DNA from: an uncultured Mycoplasmatota bacterium
GTDB lineage: Bacteria > Bacillota_I > Bacilli_A > RF39 > UBA660
Direction of reading: 5' to 3'
Assembly (NCBI GenBank): GCA_947574255.1
Contig: CANPJT010000003.1
Location: 1-52,315, forward strand
Length of the DNA: 52,315 nt
The notes under the pieces are model-generated. The model worked only from the letters and a program-made list of their open reading frames with translations. It did not search any database and was not told where the DNA came from. The position numbers were made by a program, and so were the translations under genes. Shown here one piece after another: positions 1 through 8,918 of this stretch (within the stretch, counting starts at the first letter, position 1; every line of letters starts with the position of its first letter).

Positions 1-507
1 GCAATAGCCATCCTGGGGGGGGGGTATAATAGTATATAGGAGTTATGCCTTATATAAAGAAACAAAAAGTTATAATATACTAAGGGGAAAGATACCTAAT
101 TTTAGTAGTGGAGATATTGAATTAGCATTCACAGTAAATGGAGAAAAAACAACAGAGGCATTTCCTTTAAAATCAAGTGGATATAAAGTAAATAGTGTTG
201 TGTGTGAAAATGGAGCTACTGCTGAATTTAGTGAAGAATTATGGGGATTAGTAAACATAAGCCCCAATAATAATGTCAAAATAAAATGTAGTATTGATTT
301 TAAAAATGGAACAAATTTGATAGAATATTTAAGAAATTTAAACTCAAGTGAATTAGTAGAAGATGACTTTGGTAATTTAAGATACATTGGGAAAGATCCA
401 AACAATTATGTATCATTTAATGGGGAGTTATGGCGAATAATAGGAGTAATGAAAGATATAGAGAATCCAGATGGAACCAAAGATGATAAAGTCAAATTAA
501 TAAGAAG
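1..507. repeat. Long direct repeat, copy 1 of 2 (identical to 6012..6518; may continue left of the window)
   Basis: Line-by-line comparison shows 1..507 equals 6012..6518. The first mismatch is 508 t versus 6519 c. Confidence 0.95.
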
Positions 508-1171
508 TGAAAATATAGGCTCATTTGCATGGGCTAGTTTTTCAGCTTCAACTAGTGATTGGTCAAAAAGTAGTTTAATGAATTTTTTAAATGAGGGAGC
601 GTACTATAATAGATCTAAAGAAAATTGTCCGCAAGGATATCAAGGGACGATGGTATTATGTGATTTTACAAGTAATGGATTAACAAATGAAGCTAAAGAA
701 ATGATAAGTACCTCAGTATGGAATTTAGGTGGAACTAATGCCGTCAAGCAAAATATAAGTGAGTTTTATAAAGCGGAAAGAGGTAATCAGGTACATTTAG
801 CTTCTCATCAAAAAAAATGGATTGGGAATGTAGGGTTAATGTATCCAAGTGATTATGGATATGCAACAAGTGGTGGAGATACTACAAGTAGAAATGGGTG
901 CTTAGTAAATCTTACATTATCAGATTGGGGAAATTTTAGTGATTGTAAAGACAATAACTGGTTGTTCAGAAATAATTTAAGATGGACGTTAATGCATAAT
1001 AGTATTACTACATATGTGTATGTATACTATTTAGGATTGGAAGGAGCTATTAGTAGTAATTATCCATATGAAAATAGTTATAAAGTATGGCCAGTTGTAT
1101 ATCTTGATTCGCAATTGATAATTGATGAAGGAAATGATGGTTCAAATAGTAATCCATTTATTTTGAAATAA
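1..1171 (+). CDS. Membrane-anchored/secreted paralogous protein, copy A (5' end outside window; phase-variable candidate)
   Basis: The frame of track ORF 200..1171 stays open back to nt 26, immediately after the G10 tract. The 5' part is identical to copy B. It shares the C-terminal block WIGxVGLMYPSDYGYATxGG with copy B. Confidence 0.6.
15..24 (+). repeat. G10 homopolymer tract (slipped-strand candidate) in the 5' part of paralog A
   Basis: tcct-GGGGGGGGGG-tataat counted directly. A run of ten G is highly non-random in this AT-rich DNA. Confidence 0.95.
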
Positions 1172-1177
1172 ATATTT

Positions 1178-1207
1178 AATGCTAATTATAAAATGATTAG
1201 CATTTTT
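1178..1207 (+). terminator. Rho-independent terminator after paralog A
   Basis: Stem aatgctaat (1178-1186) pairs with attagcatt (1196-1204), followed by a T run. Confidence 0.7.
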
Positions 1208-1276
1208 AAGTGTTTATAATTAGTTTTTTCTCCCTCAATATCGTTTTCATGATAAAATTAGATATAGAGGTGGATT

Positions 1277-3286
1277 ATGAAAGGTAGTTTTTATGATGTA
1301 TTAATTAATACTTTACAACAAGATTCGAGATTCATATCTAATGAAGGAATTTTATTGAAAAATAAAATCAAAGAGTATGCTTTAAAAATGGATTCATCGT
1401 TAATAGATTTATTATTTGAAAATGAAATAATCAGAGAAAAGTTTTTTAAAAAAGTAGGAGATAATTATATTTTTGATAAAGTAGAATTTAGCTGGATGAT
1501 AAATAATAAAGAGTTTCTGCCTAATAATTATACAAAATATGGTAATAAGATTCATTTAGCGACTACTAATGATGAATATTTAATGTATAAAAATGATGTT
1601 GTTTTAACATTTCCCTATAAAGATTGTTTACTAGAATTCGATTCAACAGATGAAAATGAGAAAAGAGATGAGATATTTTACAATGAATCTCTTGCAAGTG
1701 ACCAGATAGATGTTTTATTAGATCCTAAAGTTTTTACAAATATTAATTATCATACAAAAGATGGAATAAAAAAATATAATAATTTTAATCTTGAAGATAA
1801 TTTATTAATTAAAGGCAATAATTTATTAGTTTTAGCAAGTTTACTACCTGTTTATGAAGGAAAAATCAAATGTATTTATTGGGATGTCTTATATAATACC
1901 AATAGTGATTATGTTCCATACAACGATTCTTTTAAACACAGTAGTTGGCTAGTTATGATGAAAAATAGATTAGAAATAGCTAAAAAATTATTAAAACCAG
2001 ATGGTTTAATATTCATAAGTATTGATGATAATGAGCAAGCTTACTTAAGTGTTTTAATGGATGAAGTATTTGGACGTGATAATTCTTTTGATAAGGTATC
2101 TATTCAAACATCTGCATCTCAAGGGGGATTTGGGGATGTTAATCCTGGACTAATATCTAATACAGAGAATTTACTAATATATATTAAAGATAAAAATTAT
2201 AAAAAAACTTGTTTTAATGAAGATAATATGTATATAAAAAAAGATTATGATGAAAATTATAAATACATAATGACTGATTTAAAAAAGTTAGAGTATACCA
2301 ATATAACATACTTAGCATATGAGAGATTAGGAATAAAAAAACCTTATAATAATAGTACATGGCGCAAAGTAAAAGAAAAATATGGCGATGAATATAAAAA
2401 AATTCTTTATAAAGAAAAAGCTATTATTGCTCTTACTAATAAAGATTCAGTTTTTAGAACATTTAATCCTAATAAACCAGGCAATGAATTAAAAGGAGCA
2501 CTACAAAAATCATTAGAACGTAAAGATGAAATATACATTGATAAAGATTCTAAAGGTAATGAAAGATATATTTTAAATGGTGAAATTGTATTGTTTTATT
2601 CAAAAGTATTTAAAAATATTAATGGTGAATGTGTTCCAGCAAGACGTTTAACTACATTTTGGGACGATTTAGCATGGGAAGGAATAGCGCGTGAAGGAAA
2701 TGTTAAATTAAATAGAGGTAAAAAACCAGAAAAACTAATAAAAAGAATTATTGAAATAGCAACAAATAAAAATGATATCGTTTTAGATGCTTATTTAGGA
2801 AGCGGAACAACATGTGCCGTTGCTCATAAATTAGGAAGAAAATATATTGGAATTGAACAATTAGACAATCATTTTTCTAAATCGCTTAATCGAATGAAAG
2901 ATGTTATAAATGGCGAAACAAGTGGAATTTCTTCCGAAATTAATTGGTCTGGGGGAGGAACATTTTTAAGTATGGAAGTAATGAGTAATAATCAAAAATA
3001 TATTGATAAAATAACTCATGAAAAAACTAAGAAAAATATAACTAATTTATTTAATGAAATAATAAAAAATGCTTATATAAATAATATGTTAAGTATGGAT
3101 AATATTTTAAAAAGTATTGAAGAATTTAAAAAGTTAGAACTTAAAAATCAAAAGAAGTTTTTAATAAATATTTTAGATAAAAATATGCTTTATGTAAATT
3201 ATTCTGATATTGAAGATAAAGATTATCAAGTAAGTTCTGAAGATAAAAAATTTAATTATTCATTTTATGGTGATCATAATGAATAA
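1277..3286 (+). CDS. mod: Type III R-M methyltransferase subunit (Mod), beta-class amino-MTase with non-canonical motif IV
   Basis: Good RBS agaggtgg before the ATG. The motif IV region KCIYWDVLYNTNSDYVPYNDSF..WLVMMKNRLEIAKKLLKPDGLIFISIDDNE comes before motif I VLDAYLGSGTT. The gene overlaps the downstream res gene. Confidence 0.85.
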   Translation: MKGSFYDVLINTLQQDSRFISNEGILLKNKIKEYALKMDSSLIDLLFENEIIREKFFKKVGDNYIFDKVEFSWMINNKEFLPNNYTKYGNKIHLATTNDEYLMYKNDVVLTFPYKDCLLEFDSTDENEKRDEIFYNESLASDQIDVLLDPKVFTNINYHTKDGIKKYNNFNLEDNLLIKGNNLLVLASLLPVYEGKIKCIYWDVLYNTNSDYVPYNDSFKHSSWLVMMKNRLEIAKKLLKPDGLIFISIDDNEQAYLSVLMDEVFGRDNSFDKVSIQTSASQGGFGDVNPGLISNTENLLIYIKDKNYKKTCFNEDNMYIKKDYDENYKYIMTDLKKLEYTNITYLAYERLGIKKPYNNSTWRKVKEKYGDEYKKILYKEKAIIALTNKDSVFRTFNPNKPGNELKGALQKSLERKDEIYIDKDSKGNERYILNGEIVLFYSKVFKNINGECVPARRLTTFWDDLAWEGIAREGNVKLNRGKKPEKLIKRIIEIATNKNDIVLDAYLGSGTTCAVAHKLGRKYIGIEQLDNHFSKSLNRMKDVINGETSGISSEINWSGGGTFLSMEVMSNNQKYIDKITHEKTKKNITNLFNEIIKNAYINNMLSMDNILKSIEEFKKLELKNQKKFLINILDKNMLYVNYSDIEDKDYQVSSEDKKFNYSFYGDHNE

Positions 3287-5882
3287 CTATTTGTATGAAA
3301 CAATAGATACTTTAAAAAAATATACTAATATTAACATCGAACTACCTAATATTATAAAAAATAATTTAAATCAAAAATTTGAACTAAGAAAATACCAAAC
3401 TGATGCATTTAAGAATTTTATATTTTATTATACAAATGAAAATTTAAAAGAAATGCCTATTCAACTTCTTTTTCATATGGCAACAGGAAGCGGAAAAACT
3501 TTAATGATGGCTGGACTTATTTTATATTTATATCAACAAGGATATCGAAATTTTCTTTTTTTTGTAAATTCTACAACTATTCTAGAAAAAACAAAAGATA
3601 ACTTTTTAAACAAACAGTCTAGTAAATATTTGTTCAATGATTATATTGAAATTGACTCTAAAAAAATTAACGTTAGAGAAGTTACTAATTTTCAAGGAGT
3701 AAACAAAGAAGATATTAATATTTGTTTTACCACTATCCAAGGATTACATAATGACATAAGTTTTGTTAAAGAAAATAGATTATCTATAGATGATTTTAAA
3801 TTAGAAAAAACTGTATTTATTTCTGATGAAGCCCATCATATAAATGCTTTAACAAATGCTAAATTATCAAGTGAAGAAGAAGATTTAAAACACTCCTGGG
3901 AGCATACAGTTGATAATTTGTTACTTTCTACTAATAAAGAGAATATTTTATTAGAATTTACAGCTACTTGTGATTTAGATAATCCCAATATAAAAGAAAA
4001 GTATCAAAATAAAATTATTTATAATTATCCCTTAAGTCGATTTCGTGAAGATGGTTTTTCTAAAGAAGTTGATACGCTTCAAAGTAATGTTGATTTAAAA
4101 ACCAAAATGCTTCAAGCTATTCTTATTAGTCAATACCGTTTAAAACTATTTCAATTAAATAAAATTGATATAAAACCTGTTGTTTTATTTAAATCAGATA
4201 ATATTGATAATTGTAAAAAGAATTATAAAGAGTTTATAAGAATTATCAAAAATTTAACCAAGGAAGAAATATTAAAAATTAAGGAAAACTCAACAAGTAA
4301 AATTTTAGTTGATATGTTTGCCTATTTTGAAAATTTTGATATAAGTATTGATAATCTAATTAAAGAATTAAAAGATGATTTTTCAAAAGATAAATGTTTA
4401 ATAGTTAACAGTAAAGAAACTTTAGAGGATGTGCAATTAATAGTAAATTCTTTAGAAGATAAGAGCAATTTATTTCGAACAATTTTTGAAGTTAAAATGC
4501 TTGATGAAGGTTGGGATGTTTTAAATTTATTTGATATTGTTAGACTTTATGAAACACGTGATGGAAATAATGGCAAACCAGGCAAGAAAACTATTCAAGA
4601 AGCTCAGTTAATAGGTAGAGGTGCAAGATACTGCCCATTTTCTCTTAATAATGGCGAAAAAAGATTTATCAGAAAATATGATGATGATATAAAAAATCCA
4701 TTACGAATATGTGAAACATTATTATATCATTGTCAGATGGAGTCACGATATATATCTGAATTGAAAATAGCTTTAAAGGAAACAGGGATTATTCCTAAAG
4801 AAAATATTTCTGTTCAATATACTTTAAAAAATAATTTTAAAAATTCAGATTTTTATAAAAATGGTTGGATATTTAGTAATGAAAAAATGTTAAAATCCAG
4901 AGAAGAAATCAAATCAATTCCACAAAATATTAAAAATGAAATATTTGAATTTATTTATGATTTAGGGAAAACTAAACAAGAAAACCTTTTTGATGAAAAA
5001 TTAGACTATTTAAATTTAGAGGAAAACAAATTTGAAAAATCTTTTACTATTAGTTCGCTTGCTAATACTAATTATAATTTAGTTTTAAGTATTTTAAGAA
5101 AATTTAATGTTTTTAAATTTTCTAATTTAAAAACTTATTTTCCTAATTTAACTTCAACAAAAGAATTTATTACTTCCCAAAATTATTTGGGAGATATAAA
5201 ATTTATAATAAAATCTATTTATAAAGAACCAAATAATTATTTAATAAATAAAGCTCTTTACAGTATTTTTGATAAACTTAAGGATAATATAATTACATTA
5301 GAAGAAGTTTATGAAGGCTCAAATAATTTTCAAGCTAAAAGATTTAATGAAATATTTATAAATAAAATTATTAATATTACTAATCCGTATGAGGATAGTA
5401 TAGGGATATCCCAAAATATGGTTAATGATGATTCTTATAGAATGGATTTAAGTAATGAAGATTGGTATGTTTATAATGATAATTATGGGACTACAGAAGA
5501 AAAAAAATTAGTTAAGTATTTTAGTAAATTTGTTAAAGAATTAAAAGAAAAGTACGCAGAAATTTATTTAATAAGAAATGAAAGAACTTTACCAATATAT
5601 TCTTTTTCTAAAGGTGAAAGATTTGAACCAGATTTTATTTTAATTTTAGTTGATGAAAGAAACAAAAAACAATATCAAATTTTTATTGAAGCTAAAGGAA
5701 CTCATTTATTATTGCTTGATAAGAAAAAAGAAGAATTTTTATTAGAATTAAACAATAAAGCTATTTCTATAAAAAAATTTAAAGATGATTATGAATATTT
5801 TATTTTAGGTTTTCCTTTTTTTAATCAGGATAATAAAATAGCAGAATTTAATGAATATATGAAAAATATTATTAATAAATAA
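3279..5882 (+). CDS. res: Type III restriction enzyme Res subunit (SF2 helicase plus C-terminal PD-(D/E)xK nuclease)
   Basis: Walker A MATGSGKT, motif II SDEAHH, and C-terminal FEPDF..IEAKG. The ATG at 3279 has GGTGA 5 nt upstream; the in-frame ATG at 3267 has no RBS. Confidence 0.85.
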   Translation: MNNYLYETIDTLKKYTNINIELPNIIKNNLNQKFELRKYQTDAFKNFIFYYTNENLKEMPIQLLFHMATGSGKTLMMAGLILYLYQQGYRNFLFFVNSTTILEKTKDNFLNKQSSKYLFNDYIEIDSKKINVREVTNFQGVNKEDINICFTTIQGLHNDISFVKENRLSIDDFKLEKTVFISDEAHHINALTNAKLSSEEEDLKHSWEHTVDNLLLSTNKENILLEFTATCDLDNPNIKEKYQNKIIYNYPLSRFREDGFSKEVDTLQSNVDLKTKMLQAILISQYRLKLFQLNKIDIKPVVLFKSDNIDNCKKNYKEFIRIIKNLTKEEILKIKENSTSKILVDMFAYFENFDISIDNLIKELKDDFSKDKCLIVNSKETLEDVQLIVNSLEDKSNLFRTIFEVKMLDEGWDVLNLFDIVRLYETRDGNNGKPGKKTIQEAQLIGRGARYCPFSLNNGEKRFIRKYDDDIKNPLRICETLLYHCQMESRYISELKIALKETGIIPKENISVQYTLKNNFKNSDFYKNGWIFSNEKMLKSREEIKSIPQNIKNEIFEFIYDLGKTKQENLFDEKLDYLNLEENKFEKSFTISSLANTNYNLVLSILRKFNVFKFSNLKTYFPNLTSTKEFITSQNYLGDIKFIIKSIYKEPNNYLINKALYSIFDKLKDNIITLEEVYEGSNNFQAKRFNEIFINKIINITNPYEDSIGISQNMVNDDSYRMDLSNEDWYVYNDNYGTTEEKKLVKYFSKFVKELKEKYAEIYLIRNERTLPIYSFSKGERFEPDFILILVDERNKKQYQIFIEAKGTHLLLLDKKKEEFLLELNNKAISIKKFKDDYEYFILGFPFFNQDNKIAEFNEYMKNIINK

Positions 5883-5896
5883 TAAAAAAATTCTTA

Positions 5897-5925
5897 TTGT
5901 TAAGAAAGATGATAAATGATATAAT
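5897..5925 (+). promoter_or_regulatory. Sigma-A type promoter of paralog B (TTGTTA-N17-TATAAT with extended TG)
   Basis: -35 ttgtta at 5897-5902, TG at 5917-5918 and -10 tataat at 5920-5925. RBS aggaagaggga and ATG 5952 follow. Confidence 0.6.
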
Positions 5926-5951
5926 CAAAACAATAGGAAGAGGGATAAAAA

Positions 5952-7281
5952 ATGAAATTAAAAAGTTTCAAGAAAAACAAAAGATTAAAAAATACCCTCC
6001 TAGCTCTAGGGGCAATAGCCATCCTGGGGGGGGGGTATAATAGTATATAGGAGTTATGCCTTATATAAAGAAACAAAAAGTTATAATATACTAAGGGGAA
6101 AGATACCTAATTTTAGTAGTGGAGATATTGAATTAGCATTCACAGTAAATGGAGAAAAAACAACAGAGGCATTTCCTTTAAAATCAAGTGGATATAAAGT
6201 AAATAGTGTTGTGTGTGAAAATGGAGCTACTGCTGAATTTAGTGAAGAATTATGGGGATTAGTAAACATAAGCCCCAATAATAATGTCAAAATAAAATGT
6301 AGTATTGATTTTAAAAATGGAACAAATTTGATAGAATATTTAAGAAATTTAAACTCAAGTGAATTAGTAGAAGATGACTTTGGTAATTTAAGATACATTG
6401 GGAAAGATCCAAACAATTATGTATCATTTAATGGGGAGTTATGGCGAATAATAGGAGTAATGAAAGATATAGAGAATCCAGATGGAACCAAAGATGATAA
6501 AGTCAAATTAATAAGAAGCGAAAGTATTGGGAAATTTTATTGGGATAAAAAACAAATAGGAGTAGGCTCATCAACAGCTAATTGGGGAAGTAACAAATGG
6601 AATGATAGTCAATTAATGATGATGTTGAATCCGCGTGATAGAATACCAGCTAATTACACTATAGATAATGATGGATATGTTTTGGATCAAAAAGGATATA
6701 AAATATATAGAAATTCAGGAAGTTATTGGGATCGAACAACAGGTTATAGACCTGAACAAGCAACAACAAATAGTTTTACAGAAAGTTCAGTTTCTTTTAA
6801 CAGTATAGGATTGACTGCAGAAGCAAAGGAAATGATAAGTTCATCTATGTGGACTATAAATGTAAATATAAATAGTATATTAGATTTTCAAAACACTCTA
6901 ACAAAAGAATTTTATTCATATGAAGCTATTAAAAAAGAATGGATTGGAGAAGTAGGATTAATGTATCCAAGTGATTATGGATATGCAACAAATGGGGGAG
7001 AAACAACTAACAGAGAAGAATGCTTAAATTATGAACTTAGCAGTTGGTATGAAAAAGAAGATTGTTATAGCAATGATTGGTTATATAAACCACTTACTCA
7101 CCAATTTACAATGATAAGAATGGGCTCTAATAATATATTGGAAATATTTAAAGATGTGTATTATAGAGAACCAAATAATGAATATTATGTTAAGCCAGTT
7201 ATATATTTAAAATCTAATATATTAATTACAGGTGAAATTAATGGTTCAAGTACTTCACCATTTACCTTGAAAGCTGAATAA
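5952..7281 (+). CDS. Membrane-anchored/secreted paralogous protein, copy B, interrupted by a frameshift at the G10 tract (phase-variable, currently OFF)
   Basis: ATG 5952 encodes MKLKSFKKNKRLKNTLLALGAIAILGGG (basic N-terminus plus hydrophobic anchor). With 10 G it stops at 6048-6050. The +1 frame is open from 6037 to 7281, so 9 or 12 G would give one 442-aa ORF. Confidence 0.7.
6012..6518. repeat. Long direct repeat, copy 2 of 2
   Basis: Identical to 1..507. Confidence 0.95.
6026..6035 (+). repeat. G10 homopolymer tract in the 5' part of paralog B
   Basis: Counted directly. It lies 74 nt downstream of ATG 5952. Confidence 0.95.
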
Positions 7282-7296
7282 AATAAAAGTTTAATA

Positions 7297-7335
7297 AAAA
7301 ATGCTAATTTGATTTAATCTTTTTAGCATTTTTTT
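7297..7335 (+). terminator. Rho-independent terminator after paralog B
   Basis: aaaatgctaa pairs with ttagcatt, followed by ttttt. The stem sequence is related to the terminator after paralog A. Confidence 0.7.
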
Positions 7336-7413
7336 AGTAATAAATAAAAATTTTTTCTTTTAGATAAATAATTCTTTCGGATTTTATGATATACTTTTGT
7401 TAGAGGTGGAAGT

Positions 7414-7935
7414 ATGGACAAATTTATTCCCGATATTTATCAAAAAAGTATATATGATGTTGATTATAAATCATTAAAGAATCGTGGAATAAAATGTATT
7501 ATTTTTGATTTAGATAATACTATTGCTCCAGTAAATATTCCAATTCCTGATAAAGAAATAAAAGATTTGTTCTCAGATTTAGACTATTTAGGATTTAAAT
7601 TAATTATTATGTCTAATGCTAATAAATCTAGAGTAGAACCATTTAAAGAAAAATTAAATGTCGATTCTTGTTGTCTTAGTAATAAACCTTTAAAGAAAAA
7701 ATATAAGAAAATAGTTAGTATTTATGGCTTTAAAGATAATGAAATTGCATGTATTGGAGATCAGTTACTTACTGATATTTTAGGAGCTAATAAAATGGGC
7801 TTTTTAAGTATTTTAGTTAATCCTATTAGTACCATAGATTATAAAATAACTAAATTTAACCGATTAATTGAAAAAAAAATATTTAATATTTTAGCCAAAA
7901 AAAATTTATTTAAAGTAGGTAAGTATTATGAGTAG
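7414..7935 (+). CDS. yqeG: YqeG-family HAD-IIIA phosphatase
   Basis: FDLDNT (DxDxT), MSNANKSR and GDQLLTDILGANKMG motifs. RBS agaggtgg. Conserved position upstream of yqeH. Confidence 0.85.
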   Translation: MDKFIPDIYQKSIYDVDYKSLKNRGIKCIIFDLDNTIAPVNIPIPDKEIKDLFSDLDYLGFKLIIMSNANKSRVEPFKEKLNVDSCCLSNKPLKKKYKKIVSIYGFKDNEIACIGDQLLTDILGANKMGFLSILVNPISTIDYKITKFNRLIEKKIFNILAKKNLFKVGKYYE

Positions 7936-8911
7936 ATGTATAGGGTGTGGAGTAATATTACAAACAAAGAATAAAAATGATTTAGGATATATACCTAACG
8001 ATAAGTATAATAAAACAAATCTTTGCGAAAGATGTTTTCGCATTTTACATTATAATGATTTAAAATTAGTAGACTTGCCTAAAAATCAAGATGTTTTAGA
8101 CACAATTAACCAAAAAGGAAAGTTTGCATTTTTCATGTGTGATTTATTAAATATAAATACTGAAATTATAGAAAGTTATAAAAAAATAAATATATCTAAA
8201 TGCTTAATTATTAGTAAAGTAGACTTTATTCCTAAGTATATAAAGAAAGAAAATATTAAAAACTGGTTAAAAGAAGAATACGATATAAAAGAAGAAATAG
8301 TATTTATCAGTGTTATTAAAAATCAAAATACCCAAATTATTAGTTCTATTATGGAAGAAAAAAATATTAATGAAGCTTATTTAGTTGGATATACGAATTC
8401 TGGTAAAAGTTCTTTAATTAATAAATTAAATAGTGAATCAAGTATTACAACTAGTTTAGCTCCTAATACTACTATTGACTTTATTAAAATAAATCTTCAA
8501 AATAATTTAACTATTATTGATAGCCCAGGAATTCTTTATCAAGATACTATATATGATGAGAATGATATTTTATTTATAAAAAAGACAAATCCAAAAACTT
8601 TTATAAAACCTTTAACTTATCAGTTAAAAAAAGGGGCTAGTATTATAATAGAAGGCGTTCTAAGGATTGAAAATACAAGTGATAAATTTAATTTAACTAT
8701 TTATATGAGTAATTTATTAGAAATAAAAAAGGTTTATGAAAAAAATAATCAACTGAAGAATTTAGAACGAGTAAATTTGAAAATTAAAAGAAATCAGGAT
8801 TTAGTTATTAAAGGATTAGGGTTTATTACTAGTAAAAGTAGTGCTTCATTAAATATTTATTTAAAAAATAAAAATTTATTAGAAATTCGTAATTCTTTTT
8901 TTGAAAGGTAG
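7928..8911 (+). CDS. yqeH: Ribosome-biogenesis GTPase YqeH (circularly permuted GTPase with N-terminal zinc ribbon)
   Basis: CIGCG..CERCF zinc ribbon, GYTNSGKSSLIN P-loop and IIDSPG motif. Confidence 0.85.
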   Translation: MSRCIGCGVILQTKNKNDLGYIPNDKYNKTNLCERCFRILHYNDLKLVDLPKNQDVLDTINQKGKFAFFMCDLLNINTEIIESYKKINISKCLIISKVDFIPKYIKKENIKNWLKEEYDIKEEIVFISVIKNQNTQIISSIMEEKNINEAYLVGYTNSGKSSLINKLNSESSITTSLAPNTTIDFIKINLQNNLTIIDSPGILYQDTIYDENDILFIKKTNPKTFIKPLTYQLKKGASIIIEGVLRIENTSDKFNLTIYMSNLLEIKKVYEKNNQLKNLERVNLKIKRNQDLVIKGLGFITSKSSASLNIYLKNKNLLEIRNSFFER

Positions 8912-8918
8912 TAAAAAT

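Noticed and set aside
70-405. 111-aa minus-strand ORF, duplicated at 6081..6416.
   Set aside because: It lies entirely antisense to the paralog coding region inside the 507-bp repeat. It has low-complexity hydrophobic content and no RBS. Its duplication is a trivial consequence of the repeat.
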